Positions 10,293-21,383 are shown, counted from the stretch's first letter. The stretch is DNA of 64,000 nt from Phycisphaerales bacterium (GCA_027451365.1 DAIDJN010000059.1:43317-107316), one strand, 5' to 3'. Translations and numbers: made by a program. Notes: generated by a model not told the origin, from the letters alone.

Positions 10293-11228
10293 TTACGGTT
10301 TGGCCTCTATCGGATCCACCGTCGCGACAGTATACCAGTCTGCCACACGCGATTGCTTTCGGCAGTCCAGACAGGGAATGCCGCCTTGGCTCAGGTCCGT
10401 ACCGCAATGGCCGCACCGGCCATGGTTTTCAAACAGGTCCACTGGTTGCTGGCAATGGGCGCACGTCCAGCACGGACCTAGCGGTGGGTTTGCATGGCAA
10501 TTAGGACAGGTTGGTCCCTGGCGACGCGCGATTTTCTGGATGGTCTTCATTGCCCCGCTGATGCGGAATCCCTGCCATGCGGTGAACATCAGAAACACCG
10601 CCATGAAGATGCTCCAGCTTTGATGGTATTGAATCGCCCAGAATAAAAAGGCAGCGGCGCCAATGATCCCGATAATTGCCGCGATTCTAAGAGCGTTTGC
10701 CTCACCTATTACAAACCATAGACAACTCATAAGAATCTGCCCGCCATCCAGCGGATAGACCGGCATGACGTTGAAGACCAAAATGACCAGATCAATGTTG
10801 AACATGGCGGCCATGAATCTTTGCACGCTGTACGAGATCCCAATATGAGCCGCCATCGGTGAATGTGCCGCAAGATACAGGATCGGCAGCAGTGCTACAT
10901 TCACCAATGGCCCCGCCGCAATAGTCCAAAGCGTTGCTCCTGGCCGACGCGGGGTATCCACATACGCCACGCCGCCCAGCGGCCAGAGCACAATGGTATC
11001 CGCTTTGCCGCCCACACTCCGACAAGCCAGCGCATGTCCGAATTCGTGCATCAGGACAATACCAAACAGGCCCAGAAGCCCCGCGATATTTAATGCGGTA
11101 TTGTGCCGGCTGATCAGGCCTGTCGTGACCAGATAATAGGCCGCCAGCAGCCACAACCAGTTCAAATAAACGTCAATTCCGAATGCGCGGAACAGGCGGA
11201 TAGATCCATTTCTTATGGCGCCAAACAT
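10293..11228 (-). CDS. Site-2 protease (peptidase M50) with C-terminal Cys-rich zinc-ribbon region
   Basis: HEFGH, AGPLVN, FNVMPVYPLDGG; four CxxC pairs at the C-terminus. Confidence 0.88.
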   Translation of the reverse strand: MFGAIRNGSIRLFRAFGIDVYLNWLWLLAAYYLVTTGLISRHNTALNIAGLLGLFGIVLMHEFGHALACRSVGGKADTIVLWPLGGVAYVDTPRRPGATLWTIAAGPLVNVALLPILYLAAHSPMAAHIGISYSVQRFMAAMFNIDLVILVFNVMPVYPLDGGQILMSCLWFVIGEANALRIAAIIGIIGAAAFLFWAIQYHQSWSIFMAVFLMFTAWQGFRISGAMKTIQKIARRQGPTCPNCHANPPLGPCWTCAHCQQPVDLFENHGRCGHCGTDLSQGGIPCLDCRKQSRVADWYTVATVDPIEAKP

Positions 11229-11406
11229 GGCAGACTCCTGTGCTTGCGTCGCAACGTGTCATGAAGAATGACGAATTCCGCCCATGCCATGCGACCCAAT
11301 TTAATTGTAGAGGCTTTATATCCGTCCGGCGAGTCCACAGGTGATTCTTTTTGGAGTCCGATGTGCCACCTTTCGGGTTTCCGCCATGACCGGAAATAAT
11401 CCATGG

Positions 11407-12288
11407 CTATCCAATTGCGGGCGGAAGTTCAAACAAGCCAAGCTGTTCACCGGGCAGCGCCTGTCGGCGCTCGCTGGAAAGCCATTCGGTTCGCTGGTTT
11501 TGATGTGCCAGTGTCAGAATGGGCGCAAGGCGCGGGTCCTGCCTGAACAGCCTCTGGACAATGGCCGGCGAATTGCATTGCCTGCTTCTATGCAAAAGCA
11601 CCAGATGCCGCGGCCATCTACCTGCGCCGAGCCGCGCTTCAGTTAAATCCAGGATATCCTGCACCGCTTCAAATGCTTCCTCATTGGACAAATGCCCGCG
11701 GCCGCCCATGATTCGCTTTTTCACCCGATCCGACCGGCGGCTGGCAAGCTGCATGTCCGGATCATAATTGCTTTCCATCGCCAGCAGGTCCACACCGGCG
11801 AACAAATCGATCAGTTCAACAGGCACCCGGCCCAGGTCTGTCGCAAATCCAAGTCGGCTGCCCCTGTATTCAAATACAAACCCCTGACTTCCCTGCTTAT
11901 CATGTGGCAGTCGCAATGTGCGGCAATGCACTTCTGGAAATATGTTAAATGGTTCAGTTCCGAATAATGTGATCAGTGGCTGCAATGGCTTAAGCAGCTT
12001 CTGCTGACGCGCCAGCCGTCGCAGGTCTTTGGCGTGTCTTTCCGGACAATACACCTTTATTTCCTGCCGACAAATGCTGCTTAGCCAGGCGGGGCTGAAA
12101 TGATCTGAATCCAGGTGTGTCAGGCAGATCGCGCGAATGTCCGCAACCGCAATTCCCGTGCCGGTCATGCGTTTATCCGTCGCGCGCGGGCCAATGCCCG
12201 CGTCAATTAGCGCACACTGGCCATCGGCCCGCAGCAGTGTTGCGTTGCCCGCTGACCCACTGGCCAATACACAAAATTCCAAAGCCAT
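11407..12288 (-). CDS. MBL-fold metallo-hydrolase (YycJ/WalJ-like)
   Basis: VLASGSAGNA, LIDAG, THLDSDH, PHD, ATDLG, ESNYD, GHLSN. Confidence 0.85.
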   Translation of the reverse strand: MALEFCVLASGSAGNATLLRADGQCALIDAGIGPRATDKRMTGTGIAVADIRAICLTHLDSDHFSPAWLSSICRQEIKVYCPERHAKDLRRLARQQKLLKPLQPLITLFGTEPFNIFPEVHCRTLRLPHDKQGSQGFVFEYRGSRLGFATDLGRVPVELIDLFAGVDLLAMESNYDPDMQLASRRSDRVKKRIMGGRGHLSNEEAFEAVQDILDLTEARLGAGRWPRHLVLLHRSRQCNSPAIVQRLFRQDPRLAPILTLAHQNQRTEWLSSERRQALPGEQLGLFELPPAIG

Positions 12289-12299
12289 TCAGTGGTCCC

Positions 12300-13655
12300 T
12301 TATGCCGCTGGCAATACCGGTTGTGGTTGCCAGTTCCACATTGCCATCAGTCCGGCGCCCCACAGCACCAGCGCTCCGTACGTCACCAGGCCCAGGTTCC
12401 GCAGAATATAAAATGGCGGCGGTAAAACCGTAAAAATATGTGACAATGCAAAAAATATCAGAACAAAGCCCAATCCCCGGCCGATAGGAAGTTTCTGATC
12501 GTATTCCCATTTTGCCGCCAGCAATGTAAGCACCAGGGGCAGCACCATGCAAAAATAATGTGGATGGCATATTGGAATAATCGGCAGCATAATCACGATC
12601 AAGGTGCCCAGGAACAGATTCCGAAATATCGCATCGTCCTTTCGTCGCAGCCGCTCCACAAGAAGCGTCACAGCCACCAGCACAAAAGAAATAATCCAGT
12701 GCGCCAGTTTTTCGCCTTTATCCGGCGCGGGCGTTTTTTCACCTAAGTGCATGGTATGATCAATCATCGCCAGAAAGGATGTGGAATCGGTTTTGTTTAC
12801 ATCCAGCAGTTCGCGCCCACGGCTCTGGTTATGGTTCAGCCCCAATGCCGGCTCAAGCACCACTTGATTGAGCGTTTTATACGCGGCCATCATCGGCCGC
12901 GGTCCCATGACCGCCAGTGGAATGATTGCCACGCCCAATATCACTCCCGCCGTCGCGCCCAGTAAAACCTTCCAGCGCAGCCGCCAGATTCCATAAAGCA
13001 CCAGAAACGCGGGAAATATTTTAATCGCCGCTGCAAGTCCCAGTGCAAAGCCGGCCCGCACTTCCTTGCGACAAGCCAGAGCCGCTCCGGCCATGCAGAA
13101 CAGCATTAACAGAATGGAATTCACCTGTCCGCGCACCAGCGCTCGGCCCAGCGCCGGCAGGCAGACAAGAATCGGAATAATGCGCAAAGCCCACCACCGC
13201 CGACATAATCGCGGCTGGTTCCGCACCTGCGGGTCCTGGCTGGCTTTTTCCAGCGCGGCCGCCAAACTGCAGGCTCCCAGCCAGACAGCTAGAATACCGA
13301 CCACATACCATATAGCCACCGACACCGCATAAGGCAGCAGGCCTGCCCGGCTTTGTCCGGCCGGCGCATCAGCCAAAGGATATAGACCAATCGCCAGTAG
13401 CGGCGGATAATTATAATGCCAGTGATTCGTATCGGTAATATCATACGGATTCTGGTGCACGCGCACCGCCCATGCCGCGCGAAAATAGGTGTCCACGTCC
13501 GTCATTCGTCGTTTCAGAAATGCGGACCGGATTTCCGTTACCGTGCCGAATGCAATGACTCCGATCAGAAGCGCGATCAGGCCAAGGCGTTCGAGCTTGC
13601 CGAGCGGGTCAAAAGCGCCGGTGGAATCAGATGGTGCTGTGGGTTGTGTCATCAC
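12300..13655 (-). CDS. GT87/DUF2029 family membrane glycosyltransferase
   Basis: DVDTYFRAA, YNYPPL, RGQVN, AAAIKIFP, HPHYF; multi-TM. Confidence 0.8.
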   Translation of the reverse strand: MMTQPTAPSDSTGAFDPLGKLERLGLIALLIGVIAFGTVTEIRSAFLKRRMTDVDTYFRAAWAVRVHQNPYDITDTNHWHYNYPPLLAIGLYPLADAPAGQSRAGLLPYAVSVAIWYVVGILAVWLGACSLAAALEKASQDPQVRNQPRLCRRWWALRIIPILVCLPALGRALVRGQVNSILLMLFCMAGAALACRKEVRAGFALGLAAAIKIFPAFLVLYGIWRLRWKVLLGATAGVILGVAIIPLAVMGPRPMMAAYKTLNQVVLEPALGLNHNQSRGRELLDVNKTDSTSFLAMIDHTMHLGEKTPAPDKGEKLAHWIISFVLVAVTLLVERLRRKDDAIFRNLFLGTLIVIMLPIIPICHPHYFCMVLPLVLTLLAAKWEYDQKLPIGRGLGFVLIFFALSHIFTVLPPPFYILRNLGLVTYGALVLWGAGLMAMWNWQPQPVLPAA

Positions 13656-13731
13656 TCAAATTTCTTGTTGTTATGTCGCCCGTTATCCGGAATCTTTATG
13701 CGAATATTTAGACCAATCAACGCACTGCTCG

Positions 13732-14826
13732 TTAAAGTGTTTCCGCCGCCCGCGGGAAACTGCCGAGCACCGCCAGTTGCAGGCAATGCTGTTTGGCTTC
13801 TGTCAGCGCGGCCTGCACCTTGGTATCCTCCACATGTCCAAGCAGGTCCGTGAAAAAATAATACTCAAAATTTCGTTTCTGGCTCGGCCGGGTGTCAATA
13901 TTCGTCAGATTGATATCATGCCGCCGAAAAACATCCAGCACATCGACCAGAGCGCCGCTCTTATGAGCGGTCGTGAAAATGATTGAGGTTTTATCATCCC
14001 CGGTGCGCCGCGCCGGCTGTCGGCCAATGACCATGAAACGTGTGGCGTTATTCGGGTTATCTTCAATGTTGGCAAACAGCGTCTTAAGTGAATAAACTTC
14101 CGCCGCCAGGGATGAGCCGATGGCCGCAGCGCCCGATTCTTGCGCAGCGAGTTCAGCCGCCTTGCTGCTGGACCCGACCGGAATCCGCCGCGATTCGGGC
14201 ATGGTGGCATTCAGCCATTTGCGGCATTGGTCCAACACTTCGGGCTTGGAATAAATAATTTTCACCTGTTCTGGCGGGCACATTGCCAGCAAGTGGTGAT
14301 GAACCGCTATTACCACTTCCGCCACGACGGTAACCTGTGGATGGTCGATGAACGCATCCATGGTTTCCATAATGCCGCCTATAATGGAATTTTCGATTGG
14401 TGCCAGCCCTAAATCCGCGTGGGATCGCGAAATTTCATCGAATACCGTGGTAATATCGGTGACTGGAACGTGTGTGACTGATGAGCCGAATTTTTTTACT
14501 GACGCCAGATGAGAAAAACTTCCCGGCGGCCCAAGGAAGGCAATTCGCAATGGCTTTTCCAAGGCGAAGCTGCCCGACATTAATTCGCGGTAAATAGCCT
14601 CCAGACATGAATCCGGCAGAGGACCGCCGACGGCCTTGTTTGAACGGCGTATTTTTTCCAGAACGATTTTTTCCCGGTCTGGCGCGTAAATGGGCGCATT
14701 GGACAGATGTTTGACTTTCCCGATTTGTACCACTATGCGCGCACGGGCATTCAAGAGTTCAACAAGTTTTTCGTCCAGTTCGTCGATCTGCCGGCGAAGC
14801 GGGGCCAATGATTCATCTTGTGACAT
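13732..14826 (-). CDS. pheA: Chorismate mutase/prephenate dehydratase
   Basis: LRRQIDELDEKLVELLNARA, FLGPPGSFS, PIENS, IEDNPNNATRF, ACT domain with IDTRPS. Confidence 0.95.
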   Translation of the reverse strand: MSQDESLAPLRRQIDELDEKLVELLNARARIVVQIGKVKHLSNAPIYAPDREKIVLEKIRRSNKAVGGPLPDSCLEAIYRELMSGSFALEKPLRIAFLGPPGSFSHLASVKKFGSSVTHVPVTDITTVFDEISRSHADLGLAPIENSIIGGIMETMDAFIDHPQVTVVAEVVIAVHHHLLAMCPPEQVKIIYSKPEVLDQCRKWLNATMPESRRIPVGSSSKAAELAAQESGAAAIGSSLAAEVYSLKTLFANIEDNPNNATRFMVIGRQPARRTGDDKTSIIFTTAHKSGALVDVLDVFRRHDINLTNIDTRPSQKRNFEYYFFTDLLGHVEDTKVQAALTEAKQHCLQLAVLGSFPRAAETL

Positions 14827-15034
14827 GCCTATCCTCTTGCGGACCCATGGCAGATTTCCGGTCCCTTCCGGTCTGCAAAATCCATTTTATGTTACTGGCG
14901 GGGCGGGGGGGTGGCAAACCGGCGCTAATTGGTCTCAACACGCCGCCCATTACTTTGCCCGGCAACCGACCGGCCCGATAGCCGCGGCAAGGGCTTTCAC
15001 CAAATGGCATAAAAAAAAATTGAGAACAGAACGG

Positions 15035-15063
15035 AAAAAGCCGGCACATTGGCCGGCTTTTTT
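15035..15063. terminator. Bidirectional intrinsic terminator closing the glycan operon
   Basis: AAAAAGCCGGC-ACATTG-GCCGGCTTTTTT. Confidence 0.8.
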
Positions 15064-15128
15064 CAGGAGATGTCAGAATACGTTCAAATGGGATGGATGT
15101 TCCGGCAAACCCGCCGGATGAGGACAGC

Positions 15129-17516
15129 TTAATGCGCTGCTATGGATTCGTATAACGGCTGAATTGAATCAATGGTTGTTTGAATGGTGAAATGTTCCAG
15201 ATATCGCCGGCGGCCTGCTGTTCCCATCGCGGCGGCCTGCCCAGGGTTGGCCAGAATCATCAAAATAGCGGCGGCCATGGCATCGGCATCTCCCATTGGC
15301 ACCAGCAATCCGGTTTCATATTCCGCCACAATTTCCACAACTCCGCCGCCACGCGTGGCCACAACGGGCTTGCCGGCGGCCATGGCTTGAACCACGACTT
15401 GGCCAAAAGGTTCCGGCGTGGTGGAGGCATGAACCAGAAGGTCTGCGGCATCAATCAATTCAGGTACGTCGTTACGGAAACCCAGGAATGAGACAACTTC
15501 CCGCAAGCCCAGGCTGTCAACCAATCCGCGAATGTGGGCGGCGTAGGCATCTTCATCAAAAAGTGCTGAACCGATAATTTCAAATCGGGCCTCGGGTCTG
15601 GCTTGATGCACTAAGGAGGCCGCGCGAATAAATACTTCCTGCCCTTTCCATGGACTTATGCGGCCTACCATCACGACTTTTCCGCCGGTTCCTGCTGGCT
15701 GTTCCGCAACTGCCGGGACTGGAGCCGGTGACCACGGGGCTAACTGGGGATCGGGCAGTCCGGAATAAACGACGGCGGACGGTTTTGATTTCGGCAGGTT
15801 CAATGTTGCCAGTGTGGAGTGGGAATTGGCAATCACAAAATGTGGAGCACGCTTCGCCAGCTTGCTGAACGCTCCGGCGGCCTTTTTCGGAAGATAGCCC
15901 GCTTCGATTCTGTCACGTATATGCCATACCAATTTATGACCGGCCAGACGGGCCGCGGCACCACCTAAAATATCAGATTTCAGCGAGTTGGTGTGCACGA
16001 TGTCGGGCTGAATTTCGCGAATAGTCCGCGTTAAAAACCGCACAAATCGGGCCAACTCCACAATTTTCCGCAACTCAAGAGAGAATTTGCCTAATTCGTA
16101 CCGGTTGAGCTTATTGATGGCCGGAATTAAGGTCACGATTCGGACTTTCAAACCTGCTTTGCGCAGTTCATCGGCCAGCGGACCGTCGCTGAATAATATG
16201 ATCGTTATCTGATACAGGTTTTGATCCAGCCGGCGGGCAAGATTCAACAGGGCGTATTCGCCACCGCCTAATGCCGCAGTATGATTTAAAAACAATAGAT
16301 GCAACCGCCCGGTTCCCCGCCGTATGCCGGGGCCGTTTCTGTCGTCCCTCATGCGTTGATAAACTTTTTTTATTTCACTCACGGTGGTGTCTATGGTGAA
16401 ATGTTTCAGATATCGCTGGCGGCCTGCTGTTCCCATCGCGGCGGCCTGCCCTGGGTTGGCCAGAATTGTCAAAATAGCGGCGGCCATGGCATCGGCATCT
16501 CCCATTGGCACCAGCAATCCGGTTTCATATTCCGCCACAATTTCCACAACTCCGCCGCCACGCGTGGCCACAACGGGCTTGCCTGCGGCCATCGCCTGCA
16601 CCACAACCTGCCCGAAGGGTTCGGGACTGGTGGAGGCATGAACCAGCAGATCCGCCTTGGAGATTAAATCAGGCACATCTTTGCGAAATCCAAGAAAAGA
16701 GATGACCTTTTCCAGGCCAAGCTTTTGAACAAGCTGTCTGATTTCCGTTTCATACGCTTCTTCGCCAAAGAGAACTGAACCGACGATATTAAAATGTACA
16801 TCAGGTCGGGTCCGGTTCACGATGGCCGCGGCCCGAATAAATACGTCCTGCCCTTTCCATGGACTTATGCGCCCTACCAAAATAACTGTGGCTCCGGAAA
16901 CGGTCCGGGGCTGCCGGGCCGAAGGCTGTTCAGGGAAAGGCAAGCGACCCGCCATGGGATCGGGAATACCAGGATACGCAATAATTTTGGGCTTAGACGT
17001 GGGCAGATACAGTGTCTCAAGCGTGGATTGCGAATTGGCTATAACAGCCTTGGGCACGTGACGGCTTAATCTGCGAAGCAGCCAGACCATGCGGCCGGGA
17101 AGGTAATCCGAGGCAATTCGATCGTGGATATGCCAGATGACGGGTATGCCCGCAAGGCGTGCCGCCAGACCACCAAGCAGATCGGCCTTTAGTGAATTGG
17201 TGTGGACAATATCGGGGCGATGGTGGCGAATAGCGCCGCGTAAACGCCAGATAAAAGCCGCGATTTGAAGAACCCTACCGGGGCTAAAAGCGCTGGCTTT
17301 TCCGGCGGCAATGCGGGTGGCCTTGTTGATGGCGGCATTCAGTTCAAGCACGTGAACAGGAATGTGCTCCTTCCGAAGCGCCTCGGCTAATGGCCCATCA
17401 GCAAAAAGCAGCACATGCGGGTCGAACTTTGTGCGATCAAGATGTTGCAGTAGATTAAGCAGGGCAAGTTCGCCGCCGCTTAACTGAGCTGTGTGATTTA
17501 TATAAAGAAGTTTCAT
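15129..17516 (-). CDS. Tandem double GT4 glycosyltransferase (two complete GT-B units)
   Basis: Two copies of NHTA.L.GGE...VGRISPWKGQ...EPFGQVVVQAMAAGKPVV. Start at MKLLYIN. Confidence 0.9.
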   Translation of the reverse strand: MKLLYINHTAQLSGGELALLNLLQHLDRTKFDPHVLLFADGPLAEALRKEHIPVHVLELNAAINKATRIAAGKASAFSPGRVLQIAAFIWRLRGAIRHHRPDIVHTNSLKADLLGGLAARLAGIPVIWHIHDRIASDYLPGRMVWLLRRLSRHVPKAVIANSQSTLETLYLPTSKPKIIAYPGIPDPMAGRLPFPEQPSARQPRTVSGATVILVGRISPWKGQDVFIRAAAIVNRTRPDVHFNIVGSVLFGEEAYETEIRQLVQKLGLEKVISFLGFRKDVPDLISKADLLVHASTSPEPFGQVVVQAMAAGKPVVATRGGGVVEIVAEYETGLLVPMGDADAMAAAILTILANPGQAAAMGTAGRQRYLKHFTIDTTVSEIKKVYQRMRDDRNGPGIRRGTGRLHLLFLNHTAALGGGEYALLNLARRLDQNLYQITIILFSDGPLADELRKAGLKVRIVTLIPAINKLNRYELGKFSLELRKIVELARFVRFLTRTIREIQPDIVHTNSLKSDILGGAAARLAGHKLVWHIRDRIEAGYLPKKAAGAFSKLAKRAPHFVIANSHSTLATLNLPKSKPSAVVYSGLPDPQLAPWSPAPVPAVAEQPAGTGGKVVMVGRISPWKGQEVFIRAASLVHQARPEARFEIIGSALFDEDAYAAHIRGLVDSLGLREVVSFLGFRNDVPELIDAADLLVHASTTPEPFGQVVVQAMAAGKPVVATRGGGVVEIVAEYETGLLVPMGDADAMAAAILMILANPGQAAAMGTAGRRRYLEHFTIQTTIDSIQPLYESIAAH

Positions 17517-17731
17517 TGCAAAAGCCGGATAGTTAGCGCGGTGGAATACCAAAAATCGCCGCGGCCGAGCCCATGGCAACTGATGTCAGTTGTGCATTCA
17601 ACCGTTGAACAGTCCCGAAATGCCGAGTCATTTGGCATAGCAGGATTTCGTATATCGGCTCAACCGGCTGAAACACAAGGAATACAATAATTATGATTGC
17701 AGCGCAATTTGCTTTCCATATTGATCAGCCA

Positions 17732-18907
17732 TCAGTGGTTTTTGTCGCCCCGGTTTACGGCGGCGTAAATGTCAGCCATCTGGTTGGCGATTTGCTGCCA
17801 GGAACACCAGGATTCCACGCGTTGTCGGCCAAGGCGGCCCATATCCGCGGCCAAGTCCGGGTTTTCGGCCAGTTTGGTTATGGCTGCGGCAAGCGATTGT
17901 GGATCGGCTTCCCGTGCGACCAGGCCGGCGTTGCCGATGACTTCGGGAATGGCACCAGAATCGGAGCCAATGACGGGTATTCCACAGGCGTGGGCTTCAA
18001 TAATGACGCGGCCGAATTGTTCTTTCCAGGTACGTGTGGTGCGCGATGGCAGGGCAAACACGTTCAGGCTGCGCATCCAGTCCGGAAGCCGCGCCAACGG
18101 TACGCCGGGCGAAATGCGGACACGGTCGGCGAGTTTTGCTTTTACGATGCGCCGCTGAAGTTCCGATTTAAATGGTCCATCACCAATAAGGGTAAGCTGA
18201 ACGTTGGCAGGACATAATGCGATGGCATCCACAAGATCGCCAAGGCCTTTTTCTTCCACCAGACGGCCGGCATAGCCGACCAGAAAAGAACGACCGGCTT
18301 CGCTTGACCGGTGGGGGGAAGTGGCATTTGCTTTTCCGTCTGAATTTATTGATGGGGTGAACATATCGGCATCTACGCCATTGGGCACGGTGCAGGCGGG
18401 GCCGCCGTAGCCGTGGCGGCGCATGACTTCAATGGCTTCGCTGCTTCGGCCAATCAGGAAATCGGCGTTAGCAATGGTAAAACGGCGGAAGGAATCAAAT
18501 GGAAACGGAAGCTTGCGGAAAATGTTCTGTTCTGTTTCTGAAATAATTTTAGCGTCGGGCAGGTATTTGTTCCGCAAATAACAGGTTTGGGCACTGACCA
18601 TGCTCCAGGGTTCTTCCCACAGGTCAATGACATCCGGTTTGAAATCCAACAGTATTTGCCGGAGGTTCGGGTAATAATGCAGAAAAAACAGGGCCGGTCC
18701 CATGGACGGCCAGCGCACTTTACCGATTTCATAATCAGCTTTGGCATCGGGAAGAAATGCCACGGGCCGCCATTTGCCGTAGTGTTTCCAACGGTCCGGA
18801 ATAAGAATTTTCAGAGTTAAATCGCCACGGGCATGAAGCAGTTCAGACTTCGGCTGGCCTTCGGCGGGAGACTGACAGGTATGAGATATAAGTAAAATTC
18901 GAAGCAT
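17732..18907 (-). CDS. GT4 glycosyltransferase
   Basis: GRLVEEKG, EQFGRVIIEAHACGIPVI. Confidence 0.9.
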   Translation of the reverse strand: MLRILLISHTCQSPAEGQPKSELLHARGDLTLKILIPDRWKHYGKWRPVAFLPDAKADYEIGKVRWPSMGPALFFLHYYPNLRQILLDFKPDVIDLWEEPWSMVSAQTCYLRNKYLPDAKIISETEQNIFRKLPFPFDSFRRFTIANADFLIGRSSEAIEVMRRHGYGGPACTVPNGVDADMFTPSINSDGKANATSPHRSSEAGRSFLVGYAGRLVEEKGLGDLVDAIALCPANVQLTLIGDGPFKSELQRRIVKAKLADRVRISPGVPLARLPDWMRSLNVFALPSRTTRTWKEQFGRVIIEAHACGIPVIGSDSGAIPEVIGNAGLVAREADPQSLAAAITKLAENPDLAADMGRLGRQRVESWCSWQQIANQMADIYAAVNRGDKNH

Positions 18908-18937
18908 CGGGTCCTTTGGAATGCGGTTGCGCCGAAT

Positions 18938-20377
18938 TTATTTGCGGCTGGACAACAACGGAACGATCTGATCTACACGGGCCTGCCAGGTGTGGCTGGC
19001 CGCGGTGGCCTGGCGATGGGCGGCTTTGCTGGTGCCTTCGGCCAGGGCGGCCTGCAACTGCGCCAGGAATTCTTCAGGGGTTCGGGCAATGCGTACCAGA
19101 TCGGGAAAGTCGCGAAAGCCGGCCACATCGGTGGAAACAATCGGCTTGCCTGCCGCCAGATATTCCCACAGTTTGATGGGATTAAGACTTTCCACAAATT
19201 CGGTCATGCAGTGCGGTGTCATGCAGACATCAAACGCGCGCATAAATTGCGGCAGATCATGATAAGGACGCGGTCCGGGCAGCGCCACCCGGCCGGTGGC
19301 CAGAAGCCGTTGCGAATCGGCGGTGCTTAACATATTTGGACCCAGCAGCACCAGTGTGCCGGGCAAATTTCGGGCGATAAGCAGGCGGGCAATGGCCGCA
19401 ACCATGTCAACATCCACGCGGTCGGCATGAATGGAACCGGTGTAGCCATACACCGGCCGTGGCCAGGCGGCCGGGTCGGCATCCGGCGGCAGGGGACCGG
19501 TGCCTTTGAGCACGGCGGCGTAATGGGCGGCATCCACACCATTGGGAATTAAATGAAGGCGGCGGGCAAGTTCTTTTTTTGAATCGTATAATGCCTGGGA
19601 ACATACAATCACATCATCGGCCAATTGGCACAGGCGGGCGTCCTGCGCAATGGTTAACCGCCGCAGGGCGGGGCGGTCGGTAAAATGACTGAATTTGGTC
19701 CAGTCATCTGTAATGTCATAAATAACTTTAGATTCCCCCATGCGGCCAACAAGATGCACCGCGTCGTGGGCGTTGATCCAGAGCAACGCCGAGTCGCTGC
19801 CTTCCAATGCGACAGCCGTCTGCGGCGGCTTTAATGCGTCGCCCGGCTGCGCCCCGCTAACTGAGGCAACAGGCGCATCACCTTTATTTACTGCTTCCGG
19901 CAAAGCGGTTTCATTCATGCGCAGCCGCCTGATAGATGCGGTGGCACGGCGAATTTGAAGGCGAATCAGCCATTCGTTAAAAACACGGGCGACCGAGAGT
20001 GAATTGGGCAGAAATTTAAGCGGGCGGAAAATGGTGATGTTGGGCAGGCCATCCGGGTGCCACGGTTTGCCGCCACGCAGGCTGGCAAAATTGCGGGTGC
20101 GGATGGCGTTGGAAACGTCGCGTGGGGGCGCAACGAAAAGAATGTGCATGTCAGGAAAGCGGCGGGCGAGTTCGGCGCAGATAAACTGATTCCTTCGCCA
20201 GATGTCATCCCAATTTTCGAGCGAAAGAAAAAGCAAAAAAACTCCGCCTGTTGTTTTTAACGAAAGGAATTTCAGCGTCCGGTCCATGAAGGCCGACAGT
20301 GCGGCGGAACGGCCGCTTCGTTTCAGCGGCGGGGGCGAGCGGTTCGTTTTCGCCATGCCCGCGACCGCCTTAAGCAA
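18938..20377 (-). CDS. Glycosyltransferase (GT-B, TuaH-like) with a low-complexity insert; start uncertain
   Basis: WDDIWRRNQ, YDITDDW, IPNGVD, NPIKLWEYLAAGKPIV. Confidence 0.85.
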   Translation of the reverse strand: MLKAVAGMAKTNRSPPPLKRSGRSAALSAFMDRTLKFLSLKTTGGVFLLFLSLENWDDIWRRNQFICAELARRFPDMHILFVAPPRDVSNAIRTRNFASLRGGKPWHPDGLPNITIFRPLKFLPNSLSVARVFNEWLIRLQIRRATASIRRLRMNETALPEAVNKGDAPVASVSGAQPGDALKPPQTAVALEGSDSALLWINAHDAVHLVGRMGESKVIYDITDDWTKFSHFTDRPALRRLTIAQDARLCQLADDVIVCSQALYDSKKELARRLHLIPNGVDAAHYAAVLKGTGPLPPDADPAAWPRPVYGYTGSIHADRVDVDMVAAIARLLIARNLPGTLVLLGPNMLSTADSQRLLATGRVALPGPRPYHDLPQFMRAFDVCMTPHCMTEFVESLNPIKLWEYLAAGKPIVSTDVAGFRDFPDLVRIARTPEEFLAQLQAALAEGTSKAAHRQATAASHTWQARVDQIVPLLSSRK

Positions 20378-20420
20378 ACCGCTTCATTTGAATCCGGTGG
20401 GGGGGTGATTCTTATATTCT

Positions 20421-21383
20421 TTATTTATTGACGGGGGTGTTCCCATGAGTTTTGCACAGCAACGATCGCGATTGCTGAAGCGCGATATATTTGTACAGGC
20501 TGATTTTTCCGGCGGCCTGTTGGCGGCGTGCGGATTTTGCCACGCGAATCAGTGTCCAGAATAAAATGCGGGCAATGGCCCCGCAAATGTTGGCAATCCG
20601 GAAACTGAAAAGACCCGCCCAGCCGTGGTGCTTGCGAATAAAGTAATTGTGGCTTTCCAGTGCCATGCGGCTTATTTTGGGTTTAGAGTTGGCGCTGCTG
20701 GCCCCACCCAAATGGGTGACAACCGCCCGGTGCGTAAAGGCAATTTTCCAGCCGGCGTTGGCGATTCTTTTCTGCCAATCGGTTTCTTCGGCATACATGA
20801 ACATGGCTTCGTCAAAGCCGCCAACCTGGGTATAGACTTTTCGCCGCACCAGCATGCAGGCGCCGATAACCCATGGGCAAAGCCAATCCGAATCGTGCGG
20901 CCAGTGCCGCAGGTCATCCCAGCCACAGCGAACGGGGGCGATGGCGGTAATCCACAGGCTTTCCAGCCAGGCCCGCCCCGGTGATGGGAAGTAATAAACG
21001 GACTGCTGAAGTTTTCCGGGCGCATATTCCAGCCGCGGGCCAACAAGGCCAACCGCCGGCTGGGCTTCCAGGATGGACATCATGGCTTTCAGCGCACCGG
21101 GTGAAAGGAACGCGTCGCTGTTAAGAAGCAGGAAAAAATCGGCGGAGGGATGGGCGGCGGCCATGGCAATATTGTTCGCCGCGCCAAATCCGGCGTTGGT
21201 CGGATTACGAATCAGCTTTACCTGCGGAAACTGCTGTTCAATAGCCTGGGGTGAACCGTCGGCCGAGGCGTTGTCCACCACGATAACTTCCAGTTCGAAA
21301 CCGTCGGCGCACGCAAAGACGGATTCTAGGCAACGGAGCGTCAGGTCGCGGGTGTTAAAAGATATAATTAATATGGATATCAT
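20421..21383 (-). CDS. GT2 glycosyltransferase (WbbL/rhamnosyltransferase-like)
   Basis: VVDNASADGS, NAGFGAANN, LLNSD, GGFDE..FMYAEETD. Confidence 0.9.
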   Translation of the reverse strand: MISILIISFNTRDLTLRCLESVFACADGFELEVIVVDNASADGSPQAIEQQFPQVKLIRNPTNAGFGAANNIAMAAAHPSADFFLLLNSDAFLSPGALKAMMSILEAQPAVGLVGPRLEYAPGKLQQSVYYFPSPGRAWLESLWITAIAPVRCGWDDLRHWPHDSDWLCPWVIGACMLVRRKVYTQVGGFDEAMFMYAEETDWQKRIANAGWKIAFTHRAVVTHLGGASSANSKPKISRMALESHNYFIRKHHGWAGLFSFRIANICGAIARILFWTLIRVAKSARRQQAAGKISLYKYIALQQSRSLLCKTHGNTPVNK

